A stretch of 64,000 nt of DNA from positions 32,001 through 96,000 of IMG/VR virus record IMGVR_UViG_3300003375_000013. One strand, written 5' to 3'. The notes below the pieces were generated by a model. It saw nothing but the letters and a program-made list of their open reading frames with translations, had not been told where the DNA came from and made no database searches. Origin of the DNA: a virus. Of this stretch, positions 9,524 to 19,527 are shown in pieces. Position numbers and translations under genes: made by a program. Within the stretch, counting starts at the first letter, position 1; the number at the start of each line of letters is the position of its first letter.

Positions 9524-10752
9524 TGAGTAAAATTACAGAAAGTAAACATTTATGGCAATGTGTAATCAGCAATGCTCCCGTAACCAAGATTTTAGACTTT
9601 GGACAACACGCATATGCCGATACCTTCATTGCTGAAAATCAATTAAATTTATCTGAGCCTGTATTTCCACTCCAGTTATATTTAAATTCTGAATCAGGTG
9701 GCATTCAACTGGGTTATGCCAGTGATGCTAAGGATCGCTATAACTTATACAGCTATAGTTATACTAGTTCCAATTCTAAAACAGCAAGGGATCACTGGGA
9801 CGAATACGCCACTACTATCAAAAGCAAATTTAATCCTAAGGGATTAGTTGTAGAGATCGGCAGTAATGACGGATATTTAATCAAACAATTCCAAGAAGAT
9901 GGCGTTACAGCATTAGGCGTTGACTCATCTAAAGAAATGTGTAAGATTGCCAAGGCAGCAGGAGTTAACACAGTTAAAGGATTGTTTAACATTGAATTAG
10001 CCGATAAGCTGGAACACATTCATGGACGAGCCAGTTTGATCATGGCCAACAATGTATTCAATCATGCCAACGATCCTATAGATTTTGCAGTTGGCATTAC
10101 ACACTTACTAGACAACGAAGGGTTATTTGTCTTTGAAGTACCATACTGGGCAAGTATGGTTGAGAGTGGTCGCTTTGTAGACATGGTATACCACGAGCAT
10201 ATTTCTTACTTTACTGTTAAGAGTGTTTGGAATTTGCTGCAGCAAGTTGGAATGACAATTGCTGACTTTGATGTGGTTGATTACCACGGTGGTAGCCTTC
10301 GCGTTATTGCTAAAATTGATACAGGCAACGGAATGCCAGCTTTAATTCAAAGTGCTATTGAAAAAGAAACAGCAATGGGTTTGTTTAGTTATAAATTTTA
10401 TAACAAATTACAAACAAAATTTGAGCAACAACGCAATGAGTGGCTTCGCAAATTTTATCAAATTCTAGCTGACGAACCAGATGCTGTTATTATCGGTGTC
10501 GGTGCTGCTGCTAAGGCCAATACTTGGCTCAACTGGCACAAACTAGATAAGACTCTCTTGCATTGTATTACTGATGCTAGCGAGTTCAAACAAGGTAAGT
10601 ATACTCCTCTGTCACGTATTCCGATTAAGGGTGACGAAGAGTTTGCGTTACATGAGAAACCATATGCGTTAGTGTTAAGCTGGAACATCGGTGAACCGCT
10701 GAAGCAAGCGTTACTAAAAATTAATCCCAATACAAGGTTTATATCACAATGA
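9523..10752 (+). CDS. NDP-hexose C-methyltransferase (NovU/TylCIII-like)
   Basis: VVEIGSNDG SAM motif, ANNVFNHA, YHEHISYF, C-terminal GAAAKANTWLN domain. Confidence 0.9.
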   Translation: MSKITESKHLWQCVISNAPVTKILDFGQHAYADTFIAENQLNLSEPVFPLQLYLNSESGGIQLGYASDAKDRYNLYSYSYTSSNSKTARDHWDEYATTIKSKFNPKGLVVEIGSNDGYLIKQFQEDGVTALGVDSSKEMCKIAKAAGVNTVKGLFNIELADKLEHIHGRASLIMANNVFNHANDPIDFAVGITHLLDNEGLFVFEVPYWASMVESGRFVDMVYHEHISYFTVKSVWNLLQQVGMTIADFDVVDYHGGSLRVIAKIDTGNGMPALIQSAIEKETAMGLFSYKFYNKLQTKFEQQRNEWLRKFYQILADEPDAVIIGVGAAAKANTWLNWHKLDKTLLHCITDASEFKQGKYTPLSRIPIKGDEEFALHEKPYALVLSWNIGEPLKQALLKINPNTRFISQ

Positions 10753-11156
10753 AATTTTACAACGTTGCCATCAACACAGAACCAGGTCTAGGCGCATTCG
10801 ATGATGAGCGTGGATCTATTGTAGATATCTTTTACAAGAAGTCTATTAATCACGGCTGTATCATTAGTAATAATCCAGGTGCTGTGCGTGGTAACCATTA
10901 TCATAATCACACCATTCAATATACATATGTTCTAGCAGGTGATTTGACTTATTACTCTCAGCCGGTAGATAAATCTGAACCAGTATCAGAGTACCAAGCT
11001 GTTCCAGGAGATTTTATTATCAGTGATCCAAAAGAGATTCATGCCATGAAGTCTGGTGAGCATGGATGTGTTTTTATAGCCTTTGCCGAAGGTCCCCGTG
11101 GTGGCGAAGATTACGAAACAGATACAGTAAGAGTTGATTCTATTATCCCTGAATGA
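10749..11156 (+). CDS. Cupin (dTDP-sugar 3,5-epimerase / isomerase-like)
   Basis: VRGNHYH and EIHAM cupin motifs. Confidence 0.75.
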   Translation: MKFYNVAINTEPGLGAFDDERGSIVDIFYKKSINHGCIISNNPGAVRGNHYHNHTIQYTYVLAGDLTYYSQPVDKSEPVSEYQAVPGDFIISDPKEIHAMKSGEHGCVFIAFAEGPRGGEDYETDTVRVDSIIPE

Positions 11157-11746
11157 AAGTAGTTGTATTTGGAGGAACAGGAGGAATAGGTAAAGCCACA
11201 TGCACTGCGTTTAGTGCTGCTGGCTATACTGTATATCCTATCAGTAGTAAATTAATTAATTTTGAGATGGAGCAAAGCCAGCCTCAAGTAAATGAGTTAT
11301 TAAGAAAAATTATGCCTGACGTGGTTGTTAACTGCGTCGGGCATTTTGACTATACCAATAAAGAAACTCATTACAAAACCATGGACATCAATGTTGGCTC
11401 TAACTGGAGCATTATAAAACATTACATGGAAAATATCAGTGACAAGCCTGTTAAAATTATTATGATTGGATCTAGTGCCTATAGATCCGGTCGCAAGAGC
11501 TACATTTTATACGCTGCCAGTAAAACAGCACTATATAGTATATGGCAAGGTGCTAGCGAGTACTTTGAGGGAACAAATGTAACATTAGGTTTGTTAAATC
11601 CAGTAAGAACTCGCACACCCATGATAGATATGTCAACAAAAGATATTTGTCTAGAGCCCGAAGATGTAGCACAAGCAATTTTAAATATGACATCAACTAG
11701 TAGTAGTGAATTAGTTGATATGAAGTACCCAGAGGAAACAAAATGA
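11153..11746 (+). CDS. Short-chain dehydrogenase/reductase
   Basis: GGTGGIG, GSS, YAASK catalytic motif. Confidence 0.9.
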   Translation: MKVVVFGGTGGIGKATCTAFSAAGYTVYPISSKLINFEMEQSQPQVNELLRKIMPDVVVNCVGHFDYTNKETHYKTMDINVGSNWSIIKHYMENISDKPVKIIMIGSSAYRSGRKSYILYAASKTALYSIWQGASEYFEGTNVTLGLLNPVRTRTPMIDMSTKDICLEPEDVAQAILNMTSTSSSELVDMKYPEETK

Positions 11747-12519
11747 AAATTGGAATTATAGGCAAGGGAACAGTAGGCAAGGCAGTATATGAAGGTCTTA
11801 ATCACCTAGGACATCAAATGAGTTTCTTTGATCCAGCATATGATGGATCAACAATCAATGATATTTTAGACACAGATTGTGTGTTTATTAGTGTGCCGAC
11901 TAATCAAGCGGCAAATGGAGATTGTGATACTAGTATTGTAGAAAGTGTTGTGTCAGCACTACATGCAGCTGAATACACAGGACTTGTCAGTATCAAAAGT
12001 ACAGTAGTACCTGGCACATGTGATCGTTTATCAGCAGAATATCCTAAACTACGTATTTGCTCAGTGCCAGAATTTCTTCGCGCCAAGACAGCATTAGCCG
12101 ACTTTATGTATAACCATGATTTACTAATTATCGGCAGTACCCGTGGTGAAGATTATGTTATGATGAGAAAAATACATGGTAACTTGCCTAAGAATGTGGC
12201 ATGTGTTAAACCAGCAGAAGCAGAAGTTGTAAAATATTTTAACAATGTCAACCATGCTACTCAGATTATATTTGCTAATATTGCGTATGCTGTATGTAAG
12301 AAGCTTGGAGTAGATTACGATAACGTATACAATGCTATCATACAACGTGATAGTATCAATCCAGCTTACCTGATGTGCAATGAAAATCTTCGTGGTTTCG
12401 GTGGACATTGTTTACCAAAGGATACTAGTGCTTGGAACAATCTTGTTAAAAGTTTAGGTCTAGAGTTTTCAATGATTCAAGCTCTTATTGATGATAATGC
12501 AAAGGTTAATAATGAGTAA
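11743..12519 (+). CDS. UDP-glucose/GDP-mannose dehydrogenase family protein
   Basis: GKGTVG, IKSTVVPGT, PEFLR, GFGGHCLPKD. Confidence 0.92.
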   Translation: MKIGIIGKGTVGKAVYEGLNHLGHQMSFFDPAYDGSTINDILDTDCVFISVPTNQAANGDCDTSIVESVVSALHAAEYTGLVSIKSTVVPGTCDRLSAEYPKLRICSVPEFLRAKTALADFMYNHDLLIIGSTRGEDYVMMRKIHGNLPKNVACVKPAEAEVVKYFNNVNHATQIIFANIAYAVCKKLGVDYDNVYNAIIQRDSINPAYLMCNENLRGFGGHCLPKDTSAWNNLVKSLGLEFSMIQALIDDNAKVNNE

Positions 12520-13411
12520 AATTTTAGTTACAGGTGCTAGTGGATTACTGGGAACAGAATTCTGTCGCCAACTTAAGGCAGCAGGGCATGAAGTATGGGC
12601 TGTGGACAATCATAGTCGTAGTTCAACTATTCCTCCATGTGATGAATGGCACAAAATGGATTTATTGGTAAAAGATTCTTTTGCTGGATTTAGTACATTG
12701 CCTCATGATTTTGATTACATATATCATTATAGTGCTATTAACGGCACAACTAACTTTTACAAAATGCCTAATAAGGTATTAGAAAACAACTTTGTCAGTG
12801 ATATTAACGTGTTTAACTTTGCTAAGAAGTGTACTAATTTAAAACGTTTTGTATACGCATCCAGTTCAGAGATTGTTGCCGATGATCCAGTAAGTCCTGT
12901 TACTGAAAACTCAGATGTATTCATCAAGGATATACATAACGCACGTTGGAGCTATCGTTTAGCTAAAATTACTAGTGAAAACTTCTTAGCTAATTCTGAG
13001 TTGCCGTATGTTATGCTTCGTTACTTTAATGTGTACGGAGAAAATTCAAAAAAAGGACACTTTCTCGGTGACCAAATTGATAAGATCAAAAATGGTGTAT
13101 TCTCAGTCATTGGGGCACATGAAACACGATCATTCTGTCATGTAAGCGATGCTATCAGTGCTAGTATCTATGTTGCTGAAAATGCGAATCGTGTATTAGT
13201 AAACATTGGCAATGATCGTGAAATATCAATTGGTGATGCAGTTCGTGTTATCGCAACCGAACTAGGTCATCCTGATGCTGTATTTGAAGAGCTGCCTAGT
13301 ATGCCAGGATCTGTAGCCAATCGTCGTCCAGATCTTACTAAGCTGCGTGAAATTATGCCTACCTATAATCCTTTGAGTTTTGAAGAAGGTATTCGGCAAA
13401 TTTTAAGTTGA
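12512..13411 (+). CDS. NAD-dependent epimerase/dehydratase (extended SDR)
   Basis: TGASGLLG, YASSSE, YRLAK, RYFNVYG, TRSFCHVSD; probable start ATG 12512. Confidence 0.92.
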   Translation: MSKILVTGASGLLGTEFCRQLKAAGHEVWAVDNHSRSSTIPPCDEWHKMDLLVKDSFAGFSTLPHDFDYIYHYSAINGTTNFYKMPNKVLENNFVSDINVFNFAKKCTNLKRFVYASSSEIVADDPVSPVTENSDVFIKDIHNARWSYRLAKITSENFLANSELPYVMLRYFNVYGENSKKGHFLGDQIDKIKNGVFSVIGAHETRSFCHVSDAISASIYVAENANRVLVNIGNDREISIGDAVRVIATELGHPDAVFEELPSMPGSVANRRPDLTKLREIMPTYNPLSFEEGIRQILS

Positions 13412-13436
13412 CAAATTCCTATAGATCGTGTACAAT
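13408..13436 (+). promoter_or_regulatory. sigma70-type promoter
   Basis: TTGACA-17 nt-TACAAT. Confidence 0.8.
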
Positions 13437-13465
13437 ATGATTTTACTCAATCTATAGGATTTACA

Positions 13466-13984
13466 ATGAAAAAAGTAACTGTAACTTGGCAAGATGTTGA
13501 AGGCATGTGCCAGGATATTCTTCGACAAATTCAATTAGACAACTGGAAGCCTGACTATGTAGTTGGGCTTACGCATGGCGGGCTTGTTCCTGCTACCTTG
13601 ATTAGTCAATACTTAAATATTCCTATGGAAACTCTACAAGTTCGCTTGCAGATTAATAATAACGACACCCAATGTGAATCTAACTTATGGATGGCCGAAG
13701 ACGCATATGGCTATTTAGATTCACCAAAGCAAATTCTCATCGTTAATGATATCAATTACACAGGCGATAAATTTAATTGGATTAAACAGGATTGGGAAGA
13801 CGGCTGTTTAGGACATGATGAACGTTGGGATCATGTGTGGGGAAAGAGTACTCGCATAGCTACACTGTACGACAACGAAGTGAGCAAATCAGAGCTTGCT
13901 ATTAACTATAGTTCTGTTACAATTAACAAGTTTACAGAAGATTGCCAGGTTGAATTCCCATGGGAAAACTGGTGGAATAAATAA
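13466..13984 (+). CDS. Type I phosphoribosyltransferase (Gpt-like), degenerate PRPP loop
   Basis: VVGLTHGGLVPA, ILIVNDINYTG, VEFPWE. Confidence 0.75.
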   Translation: MKKVTVTWQDVEGMCQDILRQIQLDNWKPDYVVGLTHGGLVPATLISQYLNIPMETLQVRLQINNNDTQCESNLWMAEDAYGYLDSPKQILIVNDINYTGDKFNWIKQDWEDGCLGHDERWDHVWGKSTRIATLYDNEVSKSELAINYSSVTINKFTEDCQVEFPWENWWNK

Positions 13985-14005
13985 TTTTTACAATAGGAGA
14001 TTATT

Positions 14006-14710
14006 ATGTTTAGTACAAATCAGATAGATACAAATACAGTAGAATTAAGTTATAGGTCAGCAGAAGAAATCAATAGCGCAATGGGTCGCGTCTATGGATA
14101 TATGAGTTTAGCAGTAATCGTATCAATGTTGGTCAGTTATTTTGTTGGGACTAGTCCAGAGTTACTAAAATTCTTTTTCACTGGAATTTTAAAGTGGATT
14201 GTAATTTTTGCTCCATTAGTGGCAGTATTTGGCGTTGCGATGGTATTGGCGCGTAGCCCAGGCAAAAGTACTGCTCTATTATGTTTATATGGATTTGCCG
14301 CACTAATGGGATTGAGCTTTGCCACAATCTTTGCCATATTTACTATGGGAAGTATTGTTAGTGCTTTCATGGGGGCAGCAATCTTGTTTGGAGTAATGAG
14401 TTTTTATGGATACTTCACTAAGCAAAGTTTAGATAGTTTTGGTAAGTTTATGATCATTGGTTTAATTGCTATTATTATTGCCAGCATTGTTAATATCTTT
14501 ATTGGCAGCACTGTAATGCAAATGGTAATTAGCTCACTTGCTATCATTATCTTTCTTGGATTGACAGCATATGACACACAACAAATTCGTGAAATGGTTA
14601 GTGTTGACTCTAGTTCAGCAGTTGAAGTAACAGGTGCCTTGACATTATATCTTGACTTTATTAACATCTTCCTTAATTTGTTACAATTGTTTGGCAATAA
14701 AAACGACTGA
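14006..14710 (+). CDS. Bax inhibitor-1/YccA family membrane protein
   Basis: Multiple transmembrane helices; FLGLTAYDTQQI and GALTLYLDFINIFLNLLQLFG signature. Confidence 0.93.
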   Translation: MFSTNQIDTNTVELSYRSAEEINSAMGRVYGYMSLAVIVSMLVSYFVGTSPELLKFFFTGILKWIVIFAPLVAVFGVAMVLARSPGKSTALLCLYGFAALMGLSFATIFAIFTMGSIVSAFMGAAILFGVMSFYGYFTKQSLDSFGKFMIIGLIAIIIASIVNIFIGSTVMQMVISSLAIIIFLGLTAYDTQQIREMVSVDSSSAVEVTGALTLYLDFINIFLNLLQLFGNKND

Positions 14711-15072
14711 TGAATTTTACAATCGACGAATCAAAACCGTTTGATGTATCTATACACTCTGTGCGTAGTTATCTAGAGAATCCAGAGAATCCTACAGCAG
14801 ACGATTTGATTAAGATTTTAAAAGGTACTCACCAGTTTACCTCGATTAGGAATGACGATAGCCCTGAGTTTAAAGCATTACGAAATCAATTAGAATCAGA
14901 GGGTTATATTAAGTGTGAGCGTGGCTGGTTGAATGGAGATCGTGTATCAAAGCCATTTACTTTAAATGGAGTTAAATTTAAAGTAAATGGCAAATTCTGC
15001 TGCGGCGCGGCAATGAGAAGTCATTTACAATTTGAAAGAGAATATGAAAACAAGAGAACAAATCATTACTAG
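14710..15072 (+). CDS. Hypothetical protein
   Basis: 120 aa, coupled to the upstream stop. Confidence 0.7.
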   Translation: MNFTIDESKPFDVSIHSVRSYLENPENPTADDLIKILKGTHQFTSIRNDDSPEFKALRNQLESEGYIKCERGWLNGDRVSKPFTLNGVKFKVNGKFCCGAAMRSHLQFEREYENKRTNHY

Positions 15073-15349
15073 TATGTGTATGACATTTCGACATGACTAT
15101 GGACTTGATAAACCAGAGGGTGATGACTTTTCAAGTAAATTGTCATCAGGAACAACTCTAGCTGAGCGGGAGTTTCTATGGAAGCAAATGGCACAGATAT
15201 TTGACAATGATATTGCTCCGCATATGAAGTTTGTTCGTCCTCGTCTTACTAAAGAAGAAAGAATAGCAAAACGAGAAGATCGTCGTGAACTAAATAGGCA
15301 TCTTGGATACAGTCGCATAGGGGCAAATGCCTTTCGGCGTGGCAGGTAA
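15032..15349 (+). CDS. Hypothetical protein
   Basis: 105 aa ORF; the true start may be ATG 15044. Confidence 0.65.
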   Translation: MKENMKTREQIITSMCMTFRHDYGLDKPEGDDFSSKLSSGTTLAEREFLWKQMAQIFDNDIAPHMKFVRPRLTKEERIAKREDRRELNRHLGYSRIGANAFRRGR

Positions 15350-15366
15350 TAATAGGAATAATAGAT

Positions 15367-15738
15367 ATGTTTAAAATGATTAAAAGTTGGTTTAAAAAGA
15401 AACCTGTAGAGCAAGTCGCACCGCCGCCAGTTAAAACAGCTAAAGAGTTAGCAACCGAACGGGGTGAAGCCTATGTTAATATTATTAGCATGGATATTGA
15501 CCCAAACGGCATGGGCATGGGTTCTTTTGAATTAGATTGGAACGAAAAGTTTATTGCTGATCTAGTTAGACATGGCTACATGATGGATCAAAATGATACT
15601 GATGCTGACATTGTTGATCGTTGGTTTACCAATGTGTGTCGTAACGTTGTATTAGAAACATATGAACAATATGAAGCTATGAGCAATCGTGTTGTTAAAA
15701 CACGAGATATGGGTGATGGTCGCAGTGAGGTCAGCTAG
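15367..15738 (+). CDS. Hypothetical phage protein
   Basis: FELDWNEKFI...IVDRWF; SD AGGA. Confidence 0.75.
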   Translation: MFKMIKSWFKKKPVEQVAPPPVKTAKELATERGEAYVNIISMDIDPNGMGMGSFELDWNEKFIADLVRHGYMMDQNDTDADIVDRWFTNVCRNVVLETYEQYEAMSNRVVKTRDMGDGRSEVS

Positions 15739-16868
15739 TGTCTGAAAATAAATCACTTTGTTCGTACCCATGGCGCGGTGCTTGTATATATCCTACTGGA
15801 CTAGTAAAGCCATGTTGTTATTGGCTATCAGCAAATGGAAAGTTAAATATTACTAATAGTAATACTACTAACGATGCTAGAAATTCTGTTGAATGGAATA
15901 ACATTAGGGAAGATATGTTAGCCGGCAACCCAGTAAAGGGTTGTGAAAAGTGTTACGAAATGGAATCAGTCGGTACTCATAGCGGCAGACTTAGCAGTTT
16001 ACATTATCTTGTTCCTACTGAAAACAAATTAGCACCACTAGAAGATCTTGAAATTTCTTTTAGTAATCTATGCAATCTGGCATGCGTTGGATGTGGAGAT
16101 TTTAATTCTACTAAGTGGAGCACTGAGAATATAAAAGCTGGTCGTAAGGGATTAAAACTTATTGATAATAAGTTTGACTGGACACAGTGGGATCTGTCGA
16201 AACTAAAAACTCTTAAGATACTTGGCGGTGAGCCATTCATGGAACCAGATAGATTTTGTGAACTATTGGAATCTATTAATCTATCAGAAGTTGAATTGAT
16301 TGTTAACACTAATGGCACTATGTTGCCTAATCAAAGATTAAAAGCATTGATTGAAAAGTGCAAACATGTTAAATTTCTTGTTAGTATAGATGGGATAGGG
16401 TTAGTTAATGATTGGAATCGTTGGCCAGGCAAATTTGAAAATATTGTAGAAGCCATGCGAGTATATGAAACCTGGTGGAAATATTTTGATAACATTACGC
16501 TAGCGACACACAGCGTAGTAAATATTTTCAATATCTTTACTATGGAAGATTTCATAAATTTCATGAAGAAAGATTTTCCAAGTTGGACTGTTAGTTTCAT
16601 GTGGGTTAATACTCCAGGATGGCAATCTGTCCAAACACTACCACAAGAAGTCAAGACTAGATTAATAAATGAATTTAGTAGTAAAGACGTTGGTGACTTG
16701 AAAACTTCTAGGGAAGATTTCTATAAATTATCAATTGGTTATTTAAAAATGGATAGTACGGTCGACTGGAATGATGCCAAGCGTCGGATAGCCTCATTAG
16801 CAGCAGAACGTAATTTAGATACAGCAGTTATGATACCAGACTTACAAAAGGTAATGAATGATTTTTAA
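15738..16868 (+). CDS. Radical SAM protein with N-terminal twitch/SPASM-like Cys cluster
   Basis: CSYPW..., VKPCC, CEKCY, CNLACVGC (CxxxCxxC), LGGEPF. Confidence 0.9.
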   Translation: MSENKSLCSYPWRGACIYPTGLVKPCCYWLSANGKLNITNSNTTNDARNSVEWNNIREDMLAGNPVKGCEKCYEMESVGTHSGRLSSLHYLVPTENKLAPLEDLEISFSNLCNLACVGCGDFNSTKWSTENIKAGRKGLKLIDNKFDWTQWDLSKLKTLKILGGEPFMEPDRFCELLESINLSEVELIVNTNGTMLPNQRLKALIEKCKHVKFLVSIDGIGLVNDWNRWPGKFENIVEAMRVYETWWKYFDNITLATHSVVNIFNIFTMEDFINFMKKDFPSWTVSFMWVNTPGWQSVQTLPQEVKTRLINEFSSKDVGDLKTSREDFYKLSIGYLKMDSTVDWNDAKRRIASLAAERNLDTAVMIPDLQKVMNDF

Positions 16869-16892
16869 CCACATTAAACAACTTAAACAATC

Positions 16893-17456
16893 ATGATACT
16901 ATATGTAAATGGCAGTACACATACAATGGCAGCTGAAGCTGTCACTCCTTACGTTGTAGCTTGTGATGATCCTGATCTAGTATATCTAGGTAAATTGCCA
17001 CATCCGGCCAACTTATCTGCTAGTTGGGGTAAAATGCTAAGCATAGCTCTTAGGGCAGGATTTCAGTGTGGTGCGCTGGCAGATAATACAGTTGATAAAA
17101 TTATAGACGATACTATGATATGGGCAAAGTCACAGCATCAAGATAGTATTGTAATAATTGAATGGGCCGATATTACTTCAGACGATGAAGATAAAATATG
17201 GCAATTTCACAAAAATCTAGATATCCAGCAGATCAAGCATATATTCTTTAATAGTAACAACTCGCTAACAAATGATTCATATGATTGGAATTATGCCTAT
17301 ATTTCTCCTACCGGAGTAGATGGCACATACGAGCGTAGATTACAAATTGCCAATATTGAAACTGTTTCTCCCACATCTAAACACTTTGGGCGAGATGGTC
17401 ATGTATTTTGGAATAGATTTTTACTAAATTATGTGATTTCGCAAGATTTCGTTTGA
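16893..17456 (+). CDS. Hypothetical protein (degenerate SGNH-like)
   Basis: ILYVNGSTHT N-terminus, HFGRDGH C-terminus. Confidence 0.5.
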   Translation: MILYVNGSTHTMAAEAVTPYVVACDDPDLVYLGKLPHPANLSASWGKMLSIALRAGFQCGALADNTVDKIIDDTMIWAKSQHQDSIVIIEWADITSDDEDKIWQFHKNLDIQQIKHIFFNSNNSLTNDSYDWNYAYISPTGVDGTYERRLQIANIETVSPTSKHFGRDGHVFWNRFLLNYVISQDFV

Positions 17457-17481
17457 CCTTAACCCTTATAACTGTTATACT
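17453..17481 (+). promoter_or_regulatory. sigma70-type promoter
   Basis: TTGACC-17-TATACT, 6 nt before the rnh ATG. Confidence 0.65.
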
Positions 17482-17487
17482 CAATAC

Positions 17488-18498
17488 ATGAAATATATTA
17501 TTATAGATACCGCAAATCTGTTCTTTCGTGCCAGACACATAGCATCTCGTGCTTCTTCGGCAGAAGAAAAGGCAGCATTTTGTTTACATATTATTCTTGC
17601 TTCTGCTAATAAAGTGGCAAGAATGGTCAGTGCTGATCATGTAGTGTTTGCTCTTGAAGGGCGATCATGGCGCAAAGACTTTTACAAACCATATAAAGCC
17701 AATCGCGCAGAAGCTAAGAAAGCACTGACAGATCAACAGATAGAAGAAGACAAAATGTTCTGGGATGCCTATGAATCCTTGACTAAATACTTGTCTGAGA
17801 AAACAAACTGTAGTGTCATTCGCTGCGCTGTAGCAGAAGGTGATGATGTTATGGCTCGTTGGATCGCATTACATCCCAATGATGAACATGTTGTTGTCAG
17901 TAGTGATACCGATATCGTTCAGTTAGTAGCACCAAATGTCAAACAATATAACGGCATAACAGACGAGTTAATAACTTTAGAAGGAACATTCAATGATAAA
18001 GGAAAGGTTGTCATCGATAAGAAAACTAAAGAACCTAAGGCGCCAGTTAATCCGGCATGGCTACTCTTCGAGAAGTGTATGCGAGGCGATTCATCGGATA
18101 ACATCTTCTCGGCGTACCCCGGCGTCAGAGTCAAAGGTACTAAAACGAAGGTTGGTCTTACGGAAGCTTTTGAAGACCGAGATAAAAAAGGATACGCATG
18201 GAACAACATGATGCTACAGCGATGGACTGATCCAGACGATGTAGAACATCGGGTGTTAGATGATTATCAGCGTAATGTAAAATTAGTAGATCTAACAGCA
18301 CAGCCTGATGATATTAAGCTGGCAGTTGATACTGCTATTAAAGAACAAATTAGTCACAAAGATGTAGGCCAAGTTGGAAGTCACTTCCTTAGATTTTGTG
18401 GAAAATTTGATTTAGTCAAAGTCAGTGAGAACGCTAATTCGTTTGGTGATTGGCTTAATAAACAATACACTGGTTCGTTATCGGCTAATGACGAGTAG
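17488..18498 (+). CDS. rnh: T4-type RNase H / 5'-3' exonuclease (FEN family)
   Basis: IIDTANLFFR, EGRSWRK, YKANR, EGDDV, SSDTD, RGDSSDNI. Confidence 0.92.
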   Translation: MKYIIIDTANLFFRARHIASRASSAEEKAAFCLHIILASANKVARMVSADHVVFALEGRSWRKDFYKPYKANRAEAKKALTDQQIEEDKMFWDAYESLTKYLSEKTNCSVIRCAVAEGDDVMARWIALHPNDEHVVVSSDTDIVQLVAPNVKQYNGITDELITLEGTFNDKGKVVIDKKTKEPKAPVNPAWLLFEKCMRGDSSDNIFSAYPGVRVKGTKTKVGLTEAFEDRDKKGYAWNNMMLQRWTDPDDVEHRVLDDYQRNVKLVDLTAQPDDIKLAVDTAIKEQISHKDVGQVGSHFLRFCGKFDLVKVSENANSFGDWLNKQYTGSLSANDE

Positions 18499-19168
18499 TT
18501 GTACGATTAAAATAATTTACTGACATTTCTTTACGATCAATTAGGCGACATATTCTTACTTTTGGAATTCTCATTTTTTCAAGTGTGGATTCTTTATGTG
18601 TTTTGCCGAAATTAGGATTATTAATCCCAGAAAAATCGGCATGATTATCTTTCATTTTTTGTTTTTGTATATCTCCACGTTTAGATCCTTTATTCCTAGT
18701 GTGTCCAAATTTCTTTGCCTCTTCTTTGGAATATATTTTTCCGTAATTGGGATTGTTAATACCTTTTTTTGATTCTGCCATTGCTTTTTTAGCTGATTCA
18801 GTTTGTGTTTTACCTAACATTCCTTTAGCAGATTTATGCCCATGTGTTCCTTCGCCACCATCTGTTTTGTTATGTAGTATTCCAGCGGGGATTAGATCTG
18901 AGGAATTGCTGTAATCAACATCTTTTCTTCGATACCATCTTATGACTTTTCTTTCAATAATGAATGACCATATTTCTGTTAAATTATAGGCAACTATTAC
19001 AATCCGATCATTTGAAGGAGTATGGACTCCTGATTTTGTCTTATTGTTTCTATGCTGTACCCAAGCTCTGGAAGCAAACCCTTTGCCAACATAGTAAGGT
19101 GTACCATCTTTTCGTAGATACATATAAACATAAAATCCAGGAGGTAAATTTTTCTTATTAAATAACAT
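18485..19168 (-). CDS. GIY-YIG homing endonuclease with NUMOD3-like repeats
   Basis: FYVYMY...YYVGKG, ERK, LHNKTDGGEG, NPNYGK/NPNFGKTH repeats; convergent 14-nt overlap with rnh. Confidence 0.88.
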   Translation of the reverse strand: MLFNKKNLPPGFYVYMYLRKDGTPYYVGKGFASRAWVQHRNNKTKSGVHTPSNDRIVIVAYNLTEIWSFIIERKVIRWYRRKDVDYSNSSDLIPAGILHNKTDGGEGTHGHKSAKGMLGKTQTESAKKAMAESKKGINNPNYGKIYSKEEAKKFGHTRNKGSKRGDIQKQKMKDNHADFSGINNPNFGKTHKESTLEKMRIPKVRICRLIDRKEMSVNYFNRTTTRH

Positions 19169-19275
19169 TGCTGATAGTTCCTTATAAACTGTTAGGGTAG
19201 TTGGATCTGCCAGGATCGCGAACTACACTTATTTAGTTTACATTCACAAAATTTAATTTTTCCTTATCAAAATGT

Positions 19276-19304
19276 TTGACTTTCTTATGTTATTTCTATA
19301 TAAT
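19276..19304 (+). promoter_or_regulatory. sigma70-type promoter
   Basis: TTGACT-17-TATAAT. Confidence 0.8.
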
Positions 19305-19335
19305 CAGTTAATTGTAACTTATAGTGGAGTATTAG

Positions 19336-19527
19336 ATGCTTAAGTTTTTGTTTAGTATAGGGACATTTATTATAGCGTTATTTGTAATATCGTTAACTTT
19401 TATACTAGCAAAACAAGATAAAGATCGTGTTACGGTAAAATATGATTGCCGTATGCTAATAGGAAACTGGCATCCAGATTTTCCATTAGCAGTAATAGAA
19501 GAATGTAAAAAGAGGATTAAAGAATGA
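19336..19527 (+). CDS. Small membrane-anchored protein
   Basis: N-terminal hydrophobic helix, SD GGAG. Confidence 0.7.
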   Translation: MLKFLFSIGTFIIALFVISLTFILAKQDKDRVTVKYDCRMLIGNWHPDFPLAVIEECKKRIKE

